Below are positions 12,621-23,515 of a stretch of DNA of 64,000 bases, in pieces. Below the pieces are notes generated by a model that made no database searches, had not been told where the DNA came from, and saw nothing but the letters and a program-made list of their open reading frames with translations. Position 1 is the stretch's first letter. The number at the start of each line of letters is the position of its first letter. This DNA comes from Monocercomonoides exilis PA203 (Eukaryota; Protista; Preaxostyla), in NCBI GenBank assembly GCA_001643675.2, contig LSRY02000013.1:1116001-1180000 (forward strand). The letters are read 5' to 3'. A program made the position numbers and the translations under genes.

Positions 12621-15600
12621 TCATTCTTTCAACAATGCTATCACTTCCGCCAAACTGGGTCTGCCATTTGGCTCATCTCCCCACATCTTCTCGATCACCT
12701 CAATCAGCTCTTCTCCTTCGATTCCTTCTGTCAGCGGTCGCACCCCATCCCTCATCATCTCCTGTGCTTCCTCCGCATTGCATTCACTCAATGGCACTTC
12801 CCCGGTTGTCATCTCATGCAGAATCAGTCCAAGTGTGAAAACAACTGCCTTTTCAATTCCCTCTTCTTCATCTCCCGCTTCAGGTGCCTTCCATCGCTTC
12901 ATTTCCTCTTTCTGTTTTTCATCAATCAGCTCTTTTGTCAATAGGTATATTTCATTTTCGTTTCCTTCTTCAACAAAAATTGTATATGGGCACAATTGTT
13001 TCCCCATCATTTCCACCCTTTCATCTCCAACAGAAATCAAATGCTCAAACAGCTCTGCAACTGCCAAAACCACCTTCTTCCCATCAACAACATCCATCGC
13101 TCTTGTTCCCATGGTGAAATTACCTTGAACGGAATGAATCGCCGAATACAATGTTTTGATGTTCTTTTTCTCCTTCTCTCGAAATGGATTCTTCGCTGAT
13201 ATCACGTTGAATGAATGTGATTGTGGTATTCCAGAAGCAGAAGCATTCTCAGAAAATGGTAATGGAGATTCCAAATCTGGAAGATCATTTTCATTCAAAA
13301 TTCCATCGTTGCTCATCGAAGGAGGATCTGGAAGATCTTCTTCATCGTTGTCAATCAGAAGTGGAATTTGGCTTGTCATCCCTTCCAGCAATGTGGATGG
13401 CATTTCACTCATCTCAAACTCTCTTCTGCTCTCTTCTTTTTGCCTTTCAAGCCTTTCCACAATTTGTGCATATTCCCAGCGCGCCTTCTCAGCTTTCTTT
13501 TCCGCATCTTTCAGCTTCCTTCGCAGAAGAGCCACAATAATCGCAAATGCCACCAAAGCAATAAGCAGAAGAATCATGCAAGCCACAAATGCAGCAATTC
13601 CCCATTCAGACTTTCCCGCTCCTTTGGCAGCATCATCTTCTCCCTTTCGTTCGGGCTCGCTTCTGTTCTTCAGAATGAACGTCTGAGTCGTCGAAGGAGA
13701 ATCAGCATCCCCAAACACAATGCACACCCTCACTTCTGCACTCGCCTCTGCTCCCCTGACCATCTCCAACCCAATTGCACCATGAACCTCCTCTTCGCTC
13801 ACAAATCCTGTGTCTGTCAGCTCACATGCCTCAATCTGTTCAACATCTCCAACAGACAAAACAATCCGAAAAGACAGGTTGCACGGAAGGAGAAGCGTGC
13901 CCCTGAATATCAGATTCAACAAGTTTTCATTCTCCTCTGTTTCCACCGAATGAAGCGTGGGGATAAAAAATGGCGATGCTCGTTCTCCAGCAATCCCCTT
14001 CAGCACGCACCCATCATTCAGGATCCACATCGATGAACTTGGTAAAACTCCATCTCCTCCTTTCAAGCTCACAACATCCAAAACTCCCGAATCGGAACAA
14101 AGCATATTTCTTCGAACAGAATCATATTTATCAATCCCTGGCTTATTGCTTGAAAATTCCCCTTCAGCAAGAGATAAGCTCCCTCCTCTGACAGACAGTG
14201 CACCCTCCGAACTGTTTGAAAACGTTGAATATTTAACATCACTCTTGCATTCTGCAGCTTCAACAAGCGATCCATTCCATTTGCATATTTCTTCAGTCGC
14301 TTTAGAATTAAGAGTACTTCCGCTAATTTCTCTCCATCCATCAAATGTGCAAGCATCAATTATCAGACTTCTGCTGCAAAATACGCTCATATGTTGGCCT
14401 TTTGCGATCTGACACGAGCAACAACCGAGCGTATTGTTGAACAACTGAACAGACTTCTCTGTCAGACAGAATATTGTTCTTCCTTCACTTCCTCCGCAGC
14501 TGATATTTGAGAAGATGCAAAGTGATGCCGAAAATGCCTTTTCGCTTCCCACCTCTCTGTCATTCGTAGCAAGAATCTCGCCTTCATCAACACAAATTGC
14601 GCTTCCTTCTTTCACTTCAATATTCTTCAATTCGCTCTGAAGCAAGCTTAGAGTAGCCTTTTCTGAACATGAGATAACTGCTTCCTGCGCTTTCGCTGAA
14701 CTCACCATTAACTGGGAAGCTGTAACCGTGCTTCCTTGACAGGAAATCAAGTATTTCCCACTTATTCTTTCCAAAACAATACTTTCCATGTTTGCAGTTG
14801 CTCCGCTCTCACAATTGATGATATAATTCTTGACTGCAAAATCGCTGAAAGCAGATTCACTTATTAAAAATGTTCCTCCAGCAACTGTAATCAAGCTTCC
14901 ATCAAATCGAATGCCATTTTCACTGCCAATGAAGCTGCACCCATTCATTCTTAGCTTGCCTTCTAATGCTCCAACCAGCGACGAATGGGCAATCTTTAAT
15001 CTGCTGCCAAACACAAACGCTACGTTGTCTATCTCAACGTCTTCTTCAGTTGAAATGGCCCATTCCCTTTCTGCACTTTTCGCAATTGGGCTGTTCATTG
15101 ACACAGTGCACGATTTATCGAGCGGTTCCACGCTTATTCCGGATAAGTCGACTTCTCCTTCAACATTCGCCAGCAAATCAACAAACATTGTTCGAAACCT
15201 GCCTTCTGACACGTGCTTCACCCCAACCTCAATCGTTCTGCATGGCTTTGCAAAGCTTCCGCATCGCTTTCCATTTTCTCCGTTCGATGAAACGAGCACC
15301 TGCTCTCCTCTGAAGAAAATTACCTCTTCAATCAAATCACGATCGCCTTCTTCTGCATTCATGCCAGAATCTCTCCCGAATATCGCATTCTGCGAATCAA
15401 ACACAGACTCATCAAAGTCAATCAAAAACTGATCTTCCGTCACTTGCGAATCGATGTTCACACACAAAATAAACACATCCCGCCCAGAACTTGCATTGTT
15501 AAAACTAAAGTGAACATTTTTAAACAGAAATCCCAGCGGATTATCGTTTGACAAACGGTCACTCTTGCCATCATCCAAAATATTTTCACAATCCAAATAA

Positions 15601-18600
15601 ACTCCTCCTCCCTTTCCAAAAGTCGTGGAGGCAATGCATTTTCCAAGAGATGTGCTGTTGACGTCAAGCATAATCATGTCGCTGTTTCCTGATCCAAGTG
15701 CAAGCATCATGCTCCCTCCTTTTCTTGAAATGCCGCTTTCGCAGTTCTTCAAAACGCATCCGTTTATCTGATATTTTGCATTGCTCGATATTCCGCAGCT
15801 CAGAAGGCAGCTTCCATCATTCTCTCTGATAATATCGATCATGCGACACGAAACAAGCTCAAGTTCGCAACCGCCACTCATCAGAGAAGAACCAGCGAAT
15901 TGAGGACTCTGGCTTCCTTCTAAAAATGGGGTGCTTCTTTCACTCATTGATAAAAGTGGGTATCGCAAGCGCAATCCTTCAAACAGGCAATCCTCAATTT
16001 TGCCAACAAAGTCTGCAGCCCAAAAACGCAATGGCTTGGAATCAAATGACAAATTTCGCAGAGAAAAATCCTTCATTTCAAACAATCCTGAGCGAACTTC
16101 AACTAAGCAATAAGAAATTGCATCGCTAATATCCGTGCTGATCAAAACGGAGCATTTGTTCACGTAAAACTTTCCGCTTGATGATAAAATCAGGACTGAT
16201 TGTGAAGATGTGAATTCAGCCGGAACGGAGAAAGTGAGGAATGTGAGCTTCAATTCTTTGCTGTTGAAGAAAACGCTGTCTTCTGATCCAGTCGATGATG
16301 AAGATGAAGTCAACGAAGCTGCAACAGAAAATAAGGCAGGAGCATTTTGAGTTGACAAAATCTCGCAATCAGACAGATCAAAACAATTCTCCACATTTGC
16401 CGAATTCTCAATCAGAAGCTGAGAGGTCGGTGGCTCAGATTCGGGTGAGCGTGTTACGTGCTGCATTCCAGTTGAGAAGGAGGAGCACGGGAGAATATCT
16501 CTTCCACAGCAAATAATGTCGGCCCCATAAATAGCAGATACAACAATTTTCTCAGAAAAATAATCAACAAAAAACGTGAGAAGATCAACCGCTTTGTCTG
16601 TGAAATACTTTGTATCCATTCCAGAAAATGCCTTTGCATCTGAAGTCCAGTCTTCGAGCTGTATCAGAACTTGGTTTGATTTCACAGAATTGCAAATGTC
16701 GGTGCATGTTATAAAGACGTTCTTCCCCAAAGACGCCGCATTATCCGAAAAGATTGTCTTCTCAAAGACAAAGTTTGCATCGGCGCCTGTGGAGTCGATG
16801 AAGCAAAATCCTCCTTTCCCAGTCAATTGTGAGCAGCTGCACGAAGAAACAACGCTGAGCTCATTTCTTGAATATCCTTTAACACTCAATGACCCGCCTT
16901 CCCTAAACTTTATTTTCATTCCTCCGCCTTCGTTGCTTTCTAATGCTGTCAATCTCGTGATCGAGCAATTTATCAGCGAGAGAGCCAAAGACAGTGTATT
17001 GGCTTGTATTATTGATTCAGAATTACCTTCTTTTGTGATAATGTCATCGAACGAGCAGTTCGTGAATATGAATTCACAGCTCCCTGCATTCTTCAGCTGC
17101 TTTTGCAGAACAGGCGCCTCAGCAGCAATAAAAAGTGAGGATGTTTGAAGTGTCACAGACAAAAGGCGGCTTTTCTCAAAGGTCGCATTGACCGATTGCG
17201 CAATCACGAAAGGCGACGCGGAAAATAGAAGATTTTCGACGGTGCAGCTGTGAAACAACAATTTTCCATCTGTAACAAATATGAGTGAACACTCAATTGG
17301 AGAAGGAAAGTCGCTTTGCTTTCCAAAATTGCAGGAACTGAGCTTTAACACTCCCTCTGAAGCAGAAGATTTGATGACTGACAATTGCTGCCCAATAAAC
17401 TCAGATGGCAACAAAATTATAACATTGGCAAAGTTGCAACACCCTGTTATGTCAATTACTGTGTCTTTATTGCTTGGAGATAGATCTGAGCAAATGGTTA
17501 TTCCTGCTTCTTTCGAAGTTGAAGATGCCGAAAGAGTCAAATCCAGAAATTCGAAGCACGATTCGACTTCGACCAACGAGCCGAGAATGATCTCCTTGTC
17601 AGAACTGTCGTTCTTCACATTGTTCAGGCCTCTCCAAATTGAATGGCATGGAAAGTCTGCTGAGCCGCATCGAAGGATATCGTAGCCTGTGCTGGACACG
17701 TGAACCTTGTCTGACACGAACTGAACCAAAAAAGCAGCCAAATCCATTGAATCAAAAATGGCGTCTTTGCCAACATACTCTTTGCCTCCTTCGGCAGCTG
17801 GATCTCCAACAGGCAAGAACAGCTTATCGGCAGACACAGACGCGTTCAACGAATCAAAATCAAAAAAGAGATTTTTGCCGATATGAGCTCTGTTGTTTGA
17901 GTATTCTGACTCGGCACTTAAGTCATACTGACCTTCGCTTTGGCGCTTGCTCAAATAGAGGAATCCTCCTTTTCCAGTTGCCTCGTTGCAGAAACACTCT
18001 TCAATTTTGCATCCAGCAATGCTAATTTCCCCTGTGTCTTTTAGCCAAACGTTGATTACTCCGCCCTCTTTGCATTCTGGACTGCCAACATCGCTGAAAT
18101 TGCATTCGTTAATGTTTACTGCTCCTTCTAATTGAGAAGAAATGATCGGGCTCATCGTTGTTAGTGGAGATGCAGAGCATTGAGTAAATGAAGTGTTCGT
18201 CAGAGATAAAATGCCTTGTCCTCCGGTTGTCTCTGTGAAGAATGTCGATGACAATATAATTGCTCCAATGGAAGTTTGGTTGAGCGCAATTGTTGATGAC
18301 CCCGCGTATTTGATGAATGAGCCCTCCAGAAAGAAGCTGTGCTCCCCAATAGAGCAATTATCAAGCAGCACCGTTCCGGCTATGACTTCAATAACAGTCA
18401 AATAAATAGAAGAATCCAATTCTTCGCTTTCAAAGCTTGTGTCATCAGCAATAAGTGAACTATCTGTTGAAATGAGTGCTTTCAGCACGTTTTGCACAGA
18501 AGGCAAATACAGTTCGATCTTGTTAAATGTGAGAGAATCGTGGTTCAAAATAACTGCATCAAAAGCAGCGCTTGCAACGTTAAACAGAAGCCTTGAAGGC

Positions 18601-21600
18601 GAAGAACTTGAAGAAGACAAAATCGTCATCGAAGATAAATCGATTGGCTTGCTGATGACTGCTTGTGTTATGATTGATAATCCTTTGTTTTCGGCAGTTG
18701 AATCAAGAATTTTGTCCATTCCGTATTCAACCGTCAAGCAGGGGTCACTTTCATTGCCGCATCTGAACCAGTCTTTCCCATGTTCAGAGCCCGCATTCTT
18801 CACATTCACAATCGCTTTGTGTCCAACCAAAAGCAAAATAAGATCAACATGCTCATCAACAGAAGACGAATTGCACCCAAACATCATGTTTCCAACATCT
18901 GTTTCTGAAGTGAAAGCAATCCCAAATTTTTCATATGAAACGCAAGCATTCAGATTTGGTGCTTGGATGTATATATCTTTGCCATGCTTCGCCTTATTCG
19001 ACTCGAAGCTGCAGTCAGAAAATCTGTAATCGCTGCTCATCTCTTTCATCAGCAGAAATACGCCTCCTCCTTTTCCTGCTGATTCACTGGCAGTATTCGA
19101 CGATATTTCACATCCATCAATTTCAAATTTTTTATTCGCTCCAATTGCAAATGAAATGGCTCCTCCATCGATGGAGTTTGTGCAAGACGACGAAGAAAAA
19201 ATGCACAATGTAGCATTAAATGAGCCTTTGCAAGCCGAAGAAGAAATGACAACGCATGAGCTCGTTTCTTTGGTTGATGAAATTCGTTCGAAGCTGCAAT
19301 TGAACAGCTCAATTTGTTGCGAAGATGATCCACTCCCAGATTGAGAGATAAGGCCTGCTTTAGCAGAAGTGAATATGAGATTCGCAAAGCTGCAACTGGA
19401 AAAATCGAAATTCCCGTTTTGGATGATGAATGAAGAACGAGAGCATCTCAAATCGCCTGAAGCAGTTAATAATGAATTTTCAAGAACAAGGCTGCCTCCG
19501 CTGATCGAAACAAGTGAAATTGTCAAGGCGTTTGAAGCACTTCCAACAAAAATACAATTTGTAAATGTCTGAACGCCACTTGACCCGCTCAAAAGGATTT
19601 GAATTGAACTTCCTCGAGGAGCTGAGTCGACTGAATAATCAACATTCAAGGATTGAAACACACCTGACGATATCAGAGCAGAATTCGCAGTTCCTGTGAT
19701 TCCATCAAGTGTTATTGTTGCATTTGTTGCAGATTCATTTCTTCGAATGGTAACATTCGACACATCTGTTCCAGAAGAAGACACAGCAACTGTACCATTT
19801 GCTTTGACTGTGGGCGAAGATCCGTTTAGGCGTTGAACAGCCTGCGTAATTGTCCTGCAATGAGCGATAACTGACCCACAATACTTTCCATCCCCTCGCG
19901 ACGCATTCGAAGCATGAATGATGGATGATGTGTATCCAAAGATGAACGGCATCAAGTCAAAATCCCCCTGAAATGTGGCATCATCACTTCCAAACCACGC
20001 ATTCGTTCGATTTGGCACATACGTCGAAGTTGCTGCGGAAGAATAATAAGAGTCAAGATTTGCATTTGGCAATGAAGGAACGCATATAAAAACATCACGT
20101 CCAAAGCACGCTTGATTCGATGAGAATTGGCATCTGCTAATGACAAATTTTGATAGCGATCCATTTGCCGAGATGTGCAATGCTCCTCCTCTTCCGCTGC
20201 TTGAGCTGACACAGCAACTTGTAAATGTGGTATTCGCAAAGCTGATCTGAGGACTATCAGCATCTAAGCACAGCACACCGCCATTCACTCCTGTTGAATT
20301 AAGACTTGATATCGAAGATATTGAACAGTTACTAAGTGCAAGGGATTTTGGAAGATAGCCTGCGCTGAAAATAGCTGAATTATTATTTGAAATGGTGATA
20401 TTCGTAAAATTACATAGCGAGAATGCTGCCTTTGTCACTCCATTTGCCATTTGAAATAAGCAATTGGTTGCTAATCTTATGTTCTTTGTTGTCACACGAC
20501 TGAATGAAAGAGTTCCGTTAACAAAATTAAATAAACTGTAAGATAAGTATGTTGTCCAGCTGCTTGGTGTTGAAATCGTTATGTCAGAAACAGAAAGGTT
20601 GAAATTATAAGAACTACCACTGATTATCCTGCAATAATCTTTGTTCACGTTAATTGTGAATGTGGAAATTGATATGTTAACAGCTCCAGAAATAGAAATC
20701 ATTGAAGATCCTGTGTATTTATTCAAATTAAAAATCACTTTTGTTTGACTTTCTCCGAACGCATCCACTTTCCCTCTTGCTGAATTAATGGTCCAAGAAT
20801 CTGTCTCGTTGTAAGTCCCGTTAAGAAGTTTGATTCTCTTCAAATAATTTGGTCGCCTATTGCTGATGGCTGTGTTGACTGATTTGCACGCTGTGCTTGT
20901 ATTTAATCCACAATTAACTGTTGCATTCCCAGCGGACGCAACAATCTGATATGGATCCATTTTAATAAGCTTTGAATAATTTGCTCCATCCATATGCACT
21001 CTATTTCCATCATTATATGTAAAACTTGATGAAAATGTTATATCAACATCTTTTGTTGTCCAATCGAAATTATGAACATAAAAATCCGGCCCAAGATCAT
21101 ATGTTGCCTTGCAATCATAAAAAACATTGTTTTGTATGGTTCCATATCCGACTTCATTAATGTATATCCCTCCTCCGTAATTTGCTGAGCAATTTTCAAA
21201 TACGCAATCTTGAACCGTCAGATTATAATTAACACCAATTATTTCTCCATCAAAATAGAGGCCTCCACCGTTAGTTCCCGTGCAGTCTTTAAAAATCGTA
21301 GAAGTAATATTTGCATTTTTCCCTGTTATGCTTTGCTTTGCTTGAGAAACATGAAACAATGACGAAGGAGTTGAATGAGAGCAGTCATAAAATTCGCAAA
21401 GATCACAGACAAAATCTTGCGATGGCGAAGTAAAAGAAAGCCCATGAACAATGCCTCCATAAAATGCATCGTGAACATGAATAAATGCAGATAATTTTAT
21501 TGTCGAAGAAAGAACAAAAGAATGATTTTCCTTTGCTGCAGCTTCATTTCCTGTTTTCACCTTGGTAGTGATGTTCATAAAACAACAGTGATAGACGGTT

Positions 21601-22082
21601 TCATAGCTTCCAATCCCTGAGCATAGTAAAGACGAAGATTTACTTGATAAGACCTTGAAATCAGAGAAATGCGAATTAATCAGTTTAATGCCAGATGAAA
21701 CGTCATTTTGCAAATGCACCATAGAAGGCAACTGTCTTTTGTAATTAAAAATGTCTACCGAAATATTAGCAAGGAAAACAGAGCCCGACGAGGCAAACGG
21801 AGTAAATGCTTTCGAAGAATAAATAAATCTTGTGTTTCCACAAAAAAGCGTAGACTCTCCATCGAGAACAGAAATAGAACACTGCGATAAATCAACACAA
21901 AGAATATCATTAATTTTCAACGAAGAGTTTGCCAAAAGAAACAAAGAGTGCTGATTTGCAGAATCGCCGTAAAATGTCTGCTGCAGTCTTGTCGAAATTG
22001 ATTCCTTCTTGCTGGAAAATATCTCATTTTTTCCAACCGCTCCATTTGCAGCTTCAAAAGCTGCGACAATGCAGAAATACAA
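12621..22082 (-). CDS. Giant single-pass membrane protein R1: beta-helix/CGxxxxPC ectodomain modules, TM segment, C-terminal pseudokinase
   Basis: 3153-aa open frame with GG(A/G)(I/L/V) and FxxNxAxxGxD motifs and six CG...C modules. TM is WGIAAFVACMILLLIALVAFAIIVALL. The tail has RWKAPE, VFTLGLILHEMTTGEVP and RPSL. The true start is probably in an upstream exon (AATAG acceptor near 22088). Confidence 0.85.
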   Translation of the reverse strand: MYFCIVAAFEAANGAVGKNEIFSSKKESISTRLQQTFYGDSANQHSLFLLANSSLKINDILCVDLSQCSISVLDGESTLFCGNTRFIYSSKAFTPFASSGSVFLANISVDIFNYKRQLPSMVHLQNDVSSGIKLINSHFSDFKVLSSKSSSLLCSGIGSYETVYHCCFMNITTKVKTGNEAAAKENHSFVLSSTIKLSAFIHVHDAFYGGIVHGLSFTSPSQDFVCDLCEFYDCSHSTPSSLFHVSQAKQSITGKNANITSTIFKDCTGTNGGGLYFDGEIIGVNYNLTVQDCVFENCSANYGGGIYINEVGYGTIQNNVFYDCKATYDLGPDFYVHNFDWTTKDVDITFSSSFTYNDGNRVHMDGANYSKLIKMDPYQIVASAGNATVNCGLNTSTACKSVNTAISNRRPNYLKRIKLLNGTYNETDSWTINSARGKVDAFGESQTKVIFNLNKYTGSSMISISGAVNISISTFTINVNKDYCRIISGSSYNFNLSVSDITISTPSSWTTYLSYSLFNFVNGTLSFSRVTTKNIRLATNCLFQMANGVTKAAFSLCNFTNITISNNNSAIFSAGYLPKSLALSNCSISSISSLNSTGVNGGVLCLDADSPQISFANTTFTSCCVSSSSGRGGALHISANGSLSKFVISRCQFSSNQACFGRDVFICVPSLPNANLDSYYSSAATSTYVPNRTNAWFGSDDATFQGDFDLMPFIFGYTSSIIHASNASRGDGKYCGSVIAHCRTITQAVQRLNGSSPTVKANGTVAVSSSGTDVSNVTIRRNESATNATITLDGITGTANSALISSGVFQSLNVDYSVDSAPRGSSIQILLSGSSGVQTFTNCIFVGSASNALTISLVSISGGSLVLENSLLTASGDLRCSRSSFIIQNGNFDFSSCSFANLIFTSAKAGLISQSGSGSSSQQIELFNCSFERISSTKETSSCVVISSSACKGSFNATLCIFSSSSCTNSIDGGAISFAIGANKKFEIDGCEISSNTASESAGKGGGVFLLMKEMSSDYRFSDCSFESNKAKHGKDIYIQAPNLNACVSYEKFGIAFTSETDVGNMMFGCNSSSVDEHVDLILLLVGHKAIVNVKNAGSEHGKDWFRCGNESDPCLTVEYGMDKILDSTAENKGLSIITQAVISKPIDLSSMTILSSSSSSPSRLLFNVASAAFDAVILNHDSLTFNKIELYLPSVQNVLKALISTDSSLIADDTSFESEELDSSIYLTVIEVIAGTVLLDNCSIGEHSFFLEGSFIKYAGSSTIALNQTSIGAIILSSTFFTETTGGQGILSLTNTSFTQCSASPLTTMSPIISSQLEGAVNINECNFSDVGSPECKEGGVINVWLKDTGEISIAGCKIEECFCNEATGKGGFLYLSKRQSEGQYDLSAESEYSNNRAHIGKNLFFDFDSLNASVSADKLFLPVGDPAAEGGKEYVGKDAIFDSMDLAAFLVQFVSDKVHVSSTGYDILRCGSADFPCHSIWRGLNNVKNDSSDKEIILGSLVEVESCFEFLDLTLSASSTSKEAGITICSDLSPSNKDTVIDITGCCNFANVIILLPSEFIGQQLSVIKSSASEGVLKLSSCNFGKQSDFPSPIECSLIFVTDGKLLFHSCTVENLLFSASPFVIAQSVNATFEKSRLLSVTLQTSSLFIAAEAPVLQKQLKNAGSCEFIFTNCSFDDIITKEGNSESIIQANTLSLALSLINCSITRLTALESNEGGGMKIKFREGGSLSVKGYSRNELSVVSSCSCSQLTGKGGFCFIDSTGADANFVFEKTIFSDNAASLGKNVFITCTDICNSVKSNQVLIQLEDWTSDAKAFSGMDTKYFTDKAVDLLTFFVDYFSEKIVVSAIYGADIICCGRDILPCSSFSTGMQHVTRSPESEPPTSQLLIENSANVENCFDLSDCEILSTQNAPALFSVAASLTSSSSSTGSEDSVFFNSKELKLTFLTFSVPAEFTSSQSVLILSSSGKFYVNKCSVLISTDISDAISYCLVEVRSGLFEMKDFSLRNLSFDSKPLRFWAADFVGKIEDCLFEGLRLRYPLLSMSERSTPFLEGSQSPQFAGSSLMSGGCELELVSCRMIDIIRENDGSCLLSCGISSNAKYQINGCVLKNCESGISRKGGSMMLALGSGNSDMIMLDVNSTSLGKCIASTTFGKGGGVYLDCENILDDGKSDRLSNDNPLGFLFKNVHFSFNNASSGRDVFILCVNIDSQVTEDQFLIDFDESVFDSQNAIFGRDSGMNAEEGDRDLIEEVIFFRGEQVLVSSNGENGKRCGSFAKPCRTIEVGVKHVSEGRFRTMFVDLLANVEGEVDLSGISVEPLDKSCTVSMNSPIAKSAEREWAISTEEDVEIDNVAFVFGSRLKIAHSSLVGALEGKLRMNGCSFIGSENGIRFDGSLITVAGGTFLISESAFSDFAVKNYIINCESGATANMESIVLERISGKYLISCQGSTVTASQLMVSSAKAQEAVISCSEKATLSLLQSELKNIEVKEGSAICVDEGEILATNDREVGSEKAFSASLCIFSNISCGGSEGRTIFCLTEKSVQLFNNTLGCCSCQIAKGQHMSVFCSRSLIIDACTFDGWREISGSTLNSKATEEICKWNGSLVEAAECKSDVKYSTFSNSSEGALSVRGGSLSLAEGEFSSNKPGIDKYDSVRRNMLCSDSGVLDVVSLKGGDGVLPSSSMWILNDGCVLKGIAGERASPFFIPTLHSVETEENENLLNLIFRGTLLLPCNLSFRIVLSVGDVEQIEACELTDTGFVSEEEVHGAIGLEMVRGAEASAEVRVCIVFGDADSPSTTQTFILKNRSEPERKGEDDAAKGAGKSEWGIAAFVACMILLLIALVAFAIIVALLRRKLKDAEKKAEKARWEYAQIVERLERQKEESRREFEMSEMPSTLLEGMTSQIPLLIDNDEEDLPDPPSMSNDGILNENDLPDLESPLPFSENASASGIPQSHSFNVISAKNPFREKEKKNIKTLYSAIHSVQGNFTMGTRAMDVVDGKKVVLAVAELFEHLISVGDERVEMMGKQLCPYTIFVEEGNENEIYLLTKELIDEKQKEEMKRWKAPEAGDEEEGIEKAVVFTLGLILHEMTTGEVPLSECNAEEAQEMMRDGVRPLTEGIEGEELIEVIEKMWGDEPNGRPSLAEVIALLKE

Positions 22083-22759
22083 AAATCCTATTTTTGTAAA
22101 ATTTTGTGATCAAATGAAGTTATTATATGTCATTGATCAAAGAATGAATCTTTCAAAAATGACAATCTGTCGAAGTTTGCTTCTGTTATATAAAAATAAT
22201 TATCGGTTTAATGCAGAAAGTTTATGGATGAAGAAAGGACGGATGAATCATTGATTATTTGCAAATAATCCTTTTCTCAGAAAATAGTGACTGAAAGTGA
22301 TATTGAGCAAAATGGAAAGCAAGCAAATTAATTATAGTTTCAAAAAAGCTTTCTTGAATGTGCGTACCGGGATCAGAAGAAATTATCGAATATTGTTTCC
22401 CCATGTTGAATTCTGATTTAAAAGATGAAAAGCTTCATTCTTTTTGCCTTGTGCACTCTGTTGTTCAAAAACAAGTCTTGTCCAACTGCCTCCAAATGGA
22501 TGCACCGTAAATGTAATTTATTCCTTTATATCTCCACACTTCCATTGATGGCCTGCACATGACTCATCATTTTCCCCTTCTTTGTTTTTCATTAATTCAA
22601 TCTGGAGCTGATGTGGTGACTTCCATGAACATATCTTGATCGCAAAAGAAAACTGAACGATACACTTTCAGAGTGAAACAATATTCGACTTGCATTTATG
22701 GTTTTCAAGTTCAGTCTGACATGAAAGGATCATCATCTCAACAAGCTCCATTTGATATT

Positions 22760-23515
22760 TGAAAACCAGTTGAACAAGAAACATATTTTGGGCATGTTGT
22801 GGAAAACATCAAACATTACCAAGAGCATGAAAATTTGACACGATATGCATGCCACTCTGTCAGGGTGTTTCATTTTAACCGATTTCAAGAAGGAAGATAT
22901 TTGGAATACTCAATAATGGATGAATTGCGGTGTGCGAGAGATGTGGTGTAAAAGATAGACCTGCTGAAGAAATGTGCGGACTGGAGGAGAATGAAGAGCG
23001 GAGAAAATCGAACGAATTAAGGAAAGCAGCGATGTGGATTCAAACAATTCTCGATTTCATAACGAAATCCAAGGTTCATGACGAAAAATTTGCTGATTTG
23101 ACTGGTTGCATGACAAGATTGTGCAGAGCAGCAAGGGAGAATCACATCAATGTTGTCTATCGATGTTGTGGCATTTTTGTGAAAATGATTATTTTCCAGC
23201 CAACTTTTATTGTTTTCAATGATTTGCTGAAAAGCGGAGTTTTTGATTTCGTTTTGATGGAAATTCACGATCAAACATTTGATGATTGCCTGATGTGTGA
23301 ATTCTTGATATTCTTTGCGAAGCTTTCAATTGCTGTGAGAGAAAATGAGGTTGTGGGAGACGAAACGGAGGAAGTGAAAAGAATCCTGTTTGATAAGATG
23401 GAAGAAGAAGGATTTGAGGATGTTATCGCAAGCTTTCATGAAATGTTTGATTTTCTCAGTAGTGAATATTTCTATGGATTATTGTTGAATAATACTGATT
23501 GAAATGTGAATGTTT
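22760..23515 (+). pseudogene. Degenerate copy of the helical-repeat family (3' half)
   Basis: Homologous to 6369-7142. The upstream part is frameshifted and there is a premature stop before the family's C-terminal VNV. Confidence 0.75.

Noticed and set aside
12601-22254. Numerous antisense and overlapping ORFs inside R1, R2, R3 and NAC-alpha
   Set aside because: Shadow ORFs of long coding frames with no independent signal.
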